Of a stretch of 64,000 bases of DNA, positions 61,969-64,000 are shown one piece after another. Location of the stretch: NCBI GenBank assembly GCA_003219465.1, contig QHOX01000162.1:4500-68499 (forward strand). Direction: 5' to 3'. The stretch's first letter is position 1. Every line of letters begins with the position of its first letter. The notes under the pieces were generated by a model. That model was given only the letters and a program-made list of their open reading frames with translations. It was not told where the DNA came from and searched no databases. The DNA is from Verrucomicrobiota bacterium (GTDB taxonomy: Bacteria; Verrucomicrobiota; Verrucomicrobiia; Chthoniobacterales; UBA10450). The position numbers and the translations under genes were made by a program.

Positions 61969-63248
61969 CAAATCCGACTTCCACGCAGCGCAGCCGGAAA
62001 GGCGGTTATTCGCTCGCGATGGTTGCGGCCTGTCCTTTCCCAGCCAATCACGGCTCGGCCGCGAGTATCCGGGAAATGTCCGACACGCTCACGGATATGG
62101 GTCACGACGTTCATATCGTGACTTATCCCTTCGGCCAGGAGGATATCCACGTGCGCCGGGCAAAAGTGCATCGCACGGGACCTTTTCGCCCCGAGACAAA
62201 CGCCAAGGTTGGCCCATCGTCTGAGAAATTTTCTCTCGATTTTCAACTCCTGCGATTGCTCTGCCGGGTCATTCGAAGAGAGAACATCGAGATCATTCAC
62301 GCCCATAACTACGAAGGCGCCCTGATCGGCATCCTGGCCAAGTGGCTTACGCGCCGCCCCCTGCTCTATAACGCGGTCAATTTGATGAGTGACGAGCTCG
62401 CCGGGTATAACTTCATTCGCCCGGCATGGCTGGCCCACGGCATCGCTCGTGGCTTGGACTGGTTTACGCCGATTTTCCCGGACCACATCACGGCCGTATC
62501 ACCGGAGCTGCGCGAGTGGTTTCTGGAAAACGGCGTCCGGGCGGCCAAGGTCGATATGGTGCCGGCGGGGATCGAGCCGGATTTGTTTGACCACCCGGAG
62601 CCCGAGAAGTTTCGACAACAGTATCAACTCGATGGCCGGCCGGTGGTCATGTACACAGGCGTTTTGAACGCGTTTCAGCGGATCGATTACCTGTTGGCCG
62701 CGTTTGCGGTCGCTTTGCGCGAACGGCCAGACGCGCTCCTCCTCGTCGTTAGTCCGCTGGTCTCTGAAACGCACGAGCGCGCACATCGACGGTTCGCGCA
62801 AGAGCTGGGAATCGCCGATTCGGTGATCTGGATTTCTCCACATTCCTTGAGAGATTTACCGAGTTATCTCGCCCTAGCCGATGTCGCGGTCGTTCCGCGA
62901 CCCGAATGCCCGGGTCATCCCGTCAAGCTCCTCAACTACATGCTGGCAGGCCGGCCGATTGTTTCCTTCGCCGGCGGCGCCAAGGGGGTGCGCCATTTGT
63001 ACGACGCCTACATTGTGCCGAATCACGATTGCGAGGCACTCGGCCAGGGAATTCTCGCCCTCCTTAAAGATCCTGCGCTGGCAGCGAAACTCGGAGCCAG
63101 CGCGCGCGCCACGGTCCTGGCCAACTTCGACTGGCGGCAGATTTGTGAGAAGATCGAGTGCATTTACGACAAACTTCTGGCTGTGCCGAGCAAGGCTGCC
63201 GCCCGTGCACAGAACCAATCTGCGCCCTTTGCTACGCGCGTGCGGTAA
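61965..63248 (+). CDS. GT4 family glycosyltransferase
   Basis: MVAACPFPANHGSAASIRE, YTGVLNAFQRIDYLL and VVPRPECPGHPVKLLNYMLAGRPIVSF. GTGA overlap with the acetyltransferase. Confidence 0.85.
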   Translation: MTNPTSTQRSRKGGYSLAMVAACPFPANHGSAASIREMSDTLTDMGHDVHIVTYPFGQEDIHVRRAKVHRTGPFRPETNAKVGPSSEKFSLDFQLLRLLCRVIRRENIEIIHAHNYEGALIGILAKWLTRRPLLYNAVNLMSDELAGYNFIRPAWLAHGIARGLDWFTPIFPDHITAVSPELREWFLENGVRAAKVDMVPAGIEPDLFDHPEPEKFRQQYQLDGRPVVMYTGVLNAFQRIDYLLAAFAVALRERPDALLLVVSPLVSETHERAHRRFAQELGIADSVIWISPHSLRDLPSYLALADVAVVPRPECPGHPVKLLNYMLAGRPIVSFAGGAKGVRHLYDAYIVPNHDCEALGQGILALLKDPALAAKLGASARATVLANFDWRQICEKIECIYDKLLAVPSKAAARAQNQSAPFATRVR

Positions 63249-63267
63249 CGCGTTAACACTTTTCCCA

Positions 63268-63891
63268 ATGGCGTCGCCAATTGCACACAGTTTCGCTGGG
63301 TTCTGGACTTTTCTTGCAGCGAGAGGGCGCTTCAAAACTCGATTGACTGCGCACTGGCGCCAATATCTCCCGCCTCTCGGAGTGCTGATACTGCTCGCTA
63401 ATGCGCCTGATCTAGACTTGTTCCTAGGGAACGCACTGCATCGCGGTTTCACGCACAGTCTGACGGTCGCTGTGGTGATATCAGTGGCTTTAAGCTGCAT
63501 ATGGCGGATCGCGCCAGGATTTTGGCGAAGTGCCATTCTTTACTTCACGGCGTACAGTTCACATCTCTTGATCGACTTTTTTACCGGAACCAAGATCGGG
63601 TGGACTAATACTGGATTTGGTATGCCGCTGTTCTGGCCTTGGCACAAGACTTTTAGCTCGCCGTTGATATTGATTTTTGGTATCCACCATAAAAATTTTG
63701 CGGCATTATTTAGTCTCGACAACGTTTGGGCGTGCACTTATGAAACACTGACTTTTGGTGCGATTACCGTAGTAGGGTTTGTTTTATGGAAACGAAAACT
63801 GAAATCGCGGATATTAGGGAAACCAAAACTGAAGTCGCGGACAAAGCGTCCGATATCCGAAGCCCCGACACATCTTCTTTCCAACCTGTAG
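63268..63891 (+). CDS. membrane-bound metal-dependent hydrolase (DUF457/YdjM-like)
   Basis: MASPIAHSFAG.., ANAPDLDLFLG..HRGFTHSL and SSHLLIDFFT. ATG at 63268. The ORF-track extension back to 62881 overlaps the GT4 gene. Confidence 0.7.
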   Translation: MASPIAHSFAGFWTFLAARGRFKTRLTAHWRQYLPPLGVLILLANAPDLDLFLGNALHRGFTHSLTVAVVISVALSCIWRIAPGFWRSAILYFTAYSSHLLIDFFTGTKIGWTNTGFGMPLFWPWHKTFSSPLILIFGIHHKNFAALFSLDNVWACTYETLTFGAITVVGFVLWKRKLKSRILGKPKLKSRTKRPISEAPTHLLSNL

Positions 63892-63941
63892 TATCAAAAA
63901 AGAAAAGCCTCGGGCCATCTTCCCAGACTGCAGGACCAAAA

Positions 63942-64000
63942 ATGAGACGCTGGCACTGGGTAATCTTTGTCGTCATCTGTGTGCTTCTAGGACTTCTTGT
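63942..64000 (+). CDS. start of a membrane-anchored protein, 3' end outside the window
   Basis: ATG at 63942 reads MRRWHWVIFVVICVLLGLL and runs off the edge. Too short to classify. Confidence 0.3.
   Translation, partial: MRRWHWVIFVVICVLLGLL

Noticed and set aside
62881-63267. Upstream 129-codon extension of the DUF457 hydrolase ORF
   Set aside because: It overlaps the 3' part of the GT4 gene in another frame and has no features. The ATG at 63268 begins the recognisable MASPIAHSFAG hydrolase N-terminus, 19 nt after the GT4 stop.
61306-63536. Long minus-strand ORFs (61306..61971, 61872..62486, 62874..63536) opposite the acetyltransferase, GT4 and hydrolase genes
   Set aside because: These are shadow ORFs typical of GC-rich DNA. 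Their translations are Arg/Ala/Gly-rich with no motifs, while the plus-strand genes carry clear family signatures. The same reasoning rejects 2220..3422(+), 17445..18511(+), 19726..20349(+), 38368..39033(-), 43612..44178(-), 48306..48929(+), 52154..52807(-) and 59839..60375(-).
1-64000. tRNA, rRNA, tmRNA or mobile-element genes
   Set aside because: I saw no T-loop/acceptor-type sequences (GGTTCGAATCC-like boxes) in the intergenic regions, no rRNA-like stretches and no transposase or integrase ORFs. A tRNAscan-SE/Infernal run would be needed to be certain about small RNAs.

Overview
Gene-dense 64-kb chromosomal segment, GC in the mid-50s % by eye, not computed. It holds about 57 protein-coding genes or pseudogenes. 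I recognised no rRNA, tRNA, CRISPR array, transposase or integrase. The gene content suggests a soil PVC-type (Verrucomicrobiota-like) bacterium: a PEP-CTERM protein, a TMTC-like TPR membrane protein, an S46 peptidase, a long-form IspH and 'VILSEAKNL'-type interspersed repeats. That taxonomy is inference only. Housekeeping genes present: ispH, holB, tmk, clpB, lnt, dtd, ku, phospho-sugar mutase and a 1-Cys peroxiredoxin.

Most interesting regions:
1. An accessory island at about 3.5-10.7 kb, bracketed by sulfotransferase genes. It contains secreted or surface proteins: a PEP-CTERM protein, tandem S74 fibre-like paralogues, a pentapeptide-repeat protein with an unassigned TIR/NDT-like C-terminal domain, a small secreted protein and a YHYH pseudogene. 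Three unrelated genes here carry the same conserved ~130-150-nt promoter/leader cassette. A second conserved 3' cassette also recurs.
2. A sulfation theme. A fused ATP sulfurylase/APS kinase heads a co-directional cluster (55.1-63.9 kb) with two NPP/alkaline-phosphatase-like paralogues, a GHMP sugar kinase, a hexapeptide acyltransferase, a GT4 glycosyltransferase and a membrane hydrolase. A third NPP-like paralogue (699..3404) is fused to TPR repeats and a sulfotransferase domain.
3. A tightly packed operon at 33.7-37.8 kb: DUF1343(NamZ-like) / 3D-domain / Mut7-C RNase / S1-P1 nuclease / dtd.
4. At least five accessory genes are broken by frameshifts, while all large housekeeping genes are intact.
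5. Short interspersed palindromic repeats occur in several intergenic regions.

All calls rest on motif reading of the supplied ORF translations and the DNA. No database search was possible.
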